NCBI GenBank assembly: GCA_963977445.1
Contig: CAXBPH010000151.1
Span: forward strand, 1-16,420
Origin: an uncultured bacterium
Lineage (GTDB): Bacteria; Hydrogenedentota; Hydrogenedentia; Hydrogenedentales; JAEUWI01
DNA length: 16,420 nucleotides
Direction of reading: 5' to 3'
Shown here piece by piece: positions 15,301 through 16,420 of the stretch. How positions within the stretch are numbered: position 1 is the first letter of the stretch; every line of letters begins with the position of its first letter. The notes under the pieces were generated by a model. That model saw nothing but the letters and a program-made list of their open reading frames with translations. It was not told the origin of the DNA and searched no databases. The position numbers and the translations under genes are program-made.

Positions 15301-15909
15301 GAAGTCTGGCAGGTAGGTCGCATCACCCTGTATCAGGGCAATGACTTCTGGAATGAAACACGCCGAACCGAAGATTATGAAGTGGAAATCGATATTCGCC
15401 CGCGGCCCTGGTGGGGATTTCAGTTGGTGGGCGAGCGGCAGGAAACGTCAAACGAAGACAGCAGTCTTGCCCAATTCTCACTGGCCCGGAACTATCCCCG
15501 CTTCTACGAGGAGGTTATCGGCAACATCTTTGGCAGTCCTAATGCGCAGGACTTCAGTGGTCGTTTTGGCGACTACAACCGTGTGCTTTCCCAAGTCTAT
15601 TATGACGGCGAGCCCCGCGGCGGCAAGTTTTCGGGCCGGGTTGGTTTTGCCTACACCGAGACCCAGAGTCAGGTTTTCAACCGCGAAGCCCTCTATGGAT
15701 TGGGCTATAAAATCAGCGATAAGTGGGGCTTCGGGTTTGAGCATATCTACGACCTGGAAGACAATAACCTGCGCAGACAGACTTACGAACTGCGTCGGAG
15801 TCTCCACTGCTGGGAAACGGCGATTCGATTCCGGGATCGTGAATCGGGTTTCGACCTCAATGTGGAATTCAACATCAAGGCCTTCCCTGGAAGTCGCGTG
15901 AAGTTTTAA
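12370..15909 (+). CDS. lptD: LPS-assembly protein LptD homolog with an extra N-terminal YVTN-type beta-propeller and low-complexity linker
   Basis: Signal peptide ending ALA/Q. YVTN-like blades (VGKGPVALA..ACANYLDDSVSLI; VGDSPSAIA..VVNTFSDSLSVID). OstA-like jelly roll (IEAEGNVLITQ..ISAD; MTAEHVEYDFRTGAG). LptD signature VTTCDRPNPHYRI. Aromatic-rich barrel with WSDQDFYKDF, FKHIVVPSVTYSY and LHCWE, ending in Phe. Confidence 0.87.
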   Translation: MIYVTFQSKHLSPIAAVVITMMITTTALAQSFTQTQEIRGQFRDGVIDLGRGQLIVAVYERDSLWRVDPATGDVATRIKVGKGPVALASDGTFIACANYLDDSVSLIRLSDLSVVSTVAVGDSPSAIAALGDGRFIVVNTFSDSLSVIDTRGTVSVSSMEGAPAVPVAIAVTRDQVAVASRADRKIYCYDRASLSPSKQIALSGATTDLAALAGDVVIALGPSGLQRIDLSTGNVGKNISLKARSIDADGGLLHVATDDSYLTYDENLVPVATHPLAEGASVIVVRDGVVALLDPKSQIMQTHNLAALQPAAATAPAPAAEPAPDNRGDMVIVEAKPVVETAAPMPDSTPTEATPEAVAPTPAVEEATAAPEMVATTTAGPTGNDSASVRRNPFLSSGVRAPSPGRPSVSPLEQLSQKTITDAVIRPTEFGSSSGGFQAPDLTKPLENIKFSSAKRASSEAPTSYKDFRAELGDMKLQSDNFTHKQEPVEIEAEGNVLITQQSSTISADLIHYILDPVPAADVKKNETILEGEMTEKGAPLDQGRLILDNAHIVEPTREMTAEHVEYDFRTGAGELTKAKGQAGIYYFSAEKLHLHGPQTLSGDDVWVTTCDRPNPHYRIRLSDVELVDGEPTGGSNARLQLGKANTPLYLPRWHRGGVGGSPWNIDFDSGRQAKTGYYVNLGQQYEINPDVSLGPRIFATEKEGVGLGADLYYDFMENPASHLYRTKGEAHGLFTTKERGYVHWYHRYEYSNDLVVRAQVEHWSDQDFYKDFYYDTFRNRSRPRSFVNLTYRQPNYIATGTVRTQTHGWFSETEQAPEFTFHQLERKIANDLYFTFDTVNGYYNREPYGIDAARSVNVARLTYNWDPLPALAITPFLQLDTSFYTRDRRDNNPYARFGSTAGVTAQSRFSRTYNGRWGFSAFKHIVVPSVTYSYRPRTNVKAPEIPQFDPLDSDFGRSRIELKLSNVFYGRDAESGEVWQVGRITLYQGNDFWNETRRTEDYEVEIDIRPRPWWGFQLVGERQETSNEDSSLAQFSLARNYPRFYEEVIGNIFGSPNAQDFSGRFGDYNRVLSQVYYDGEPRGGKFSGRVGFAYTETQSQVFNREALYGLGYKISDKWGFGFEHIYDLEDNNLRRQTYELRRSLHCWETAIRFRDRESGFDLNVEFNIKAFPGSRVKF

Positions 15910-15999
15910 ACATTCTCTGGGCATGATTGCCTTGTGGGCGGTTGAGGTAGACGAAGGCATTTGGCTATTTCATCCACCCCGTAGAAGCGCATCTGCACC

Positions 16000-16420
16000 A
16001 TGACGAAAACGATGATTGCCATGAACGACTCTCTCAAAAACGCTGCCGAAGCTCTCGTTCCCGAAGTTCGCGCATTGCGTCACGAATTACACCAGCATCC
16101 GGAAATCCGCTTTGAAGAGCACTGGACCTCCGCGCGGGTAAAACAATTCTTGACGGAGAACGGCATCCCCCACACGGGCGGACATGCCAAGGGTACGGGC
16201 ATCGTCGCCACCATCTCGGGCACCGGGGATAAGACGGTGGCCTTACGGGCCGACATGGATGCCCTTGAGATTCAGGAAGAAACTGGACTCCCCTATGCCT
16301 CGACCATAGCGGACCGTATGCATGCCTGCGGGCATGACGGTCACACGTCCATGTTGTGTGGCGCGGCGAAACTACTCTGGACGCAACGGGAGCAGCTCGC
16401 CGGAACGGTGAAGTGTATTT
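16000..16420 (+). CDS. M20D-family amidohydrolase (hippurate/IAA-amino-acid hydrolase-like); 3' end runs off the window
   Basis: Translated by hand: ..LRHELHQHPEIRFEEHWTS..GTGIVATI..VALRADMDALEIQEETGLPYAS..MHACGHDGHTSMLCGAA. In-frame ATGs are at 16000, 16012 and 16021, so the true start is uncertain. Confidence 0.93.
   Translation, partial: MTKTMIAMNDSLKNAAEALVPEVRALRHELHQHPEIRFEEHWTSARVKQFLTENGIPHTGGHAKGTGIVATISGTGDKTVALRADMDALEIQEETGLPYASTIADRMHACGHDGHTSMLCGAAKLLWTQREQLAGTVKCI

Noticed and set aside
11597..15960. Long antisense or alternate-frame ORFs (11597..12346, 13188..13733, 13723..14334, 15341..15901, 15478..15960; likewise 3181..3855 and 4566..5135)
   Set aside because: These are expected shadows of GC-rich coding sequence and contain no recognisable motifs.
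1..16420. Defence system, prophage or integrative element
   Set aside because: No nuclease, integrase, transposase, toxin-antitoxin or phage structural motifs were recognised in any gene.

Overview
A gene-dense, moderately GC-rich bacterial chromosomal window from a diderm organism, as it encodes an LptD-type outer-membrane barrel. It holds 11 protein-coding genes, two of them cut by the window edges. In order: a D-tagatose/D-psicose 3-epimerase-family TIM barrel (-, partial); a zinc-ribbon protein with a duplicated 37-aa helical module (-); a secreted multidomain GH20-like protein whose catalytic Asp-Glu pair appears replaced (+); an MshEN/T2SSE_N-FHA-degenerate GGDEF protein (+); a PL10 pectate lyase (-); a YiiM-like MOSC protein (+); an oversized HAD hydrolase translationally coupled to a strictosidine-synthase-like/APMAP-like beta-propeller (-); a divergent PfkB kinase (+); a 1179-aa LptD with an N-terminal YVTN-type beta-propeller and long Pro/Ala/Thr linker (+); and an M20D amidohydrolase (+, partial). 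The two spacers between convergent genes (6018-6358, 8458-8648) are packed with REP-like palindromes. I found no tRNA, rRNA, CRISPR array, transposase or phage gene. The best novelty candidates are the propeller-LptD fusion, the MshEN-FHA-dead-GGDEF adaptor and the GH20-like pseudoenzyme. All family calls come from recognising motifs by eye, and no database search was run, so novelty is unverified.
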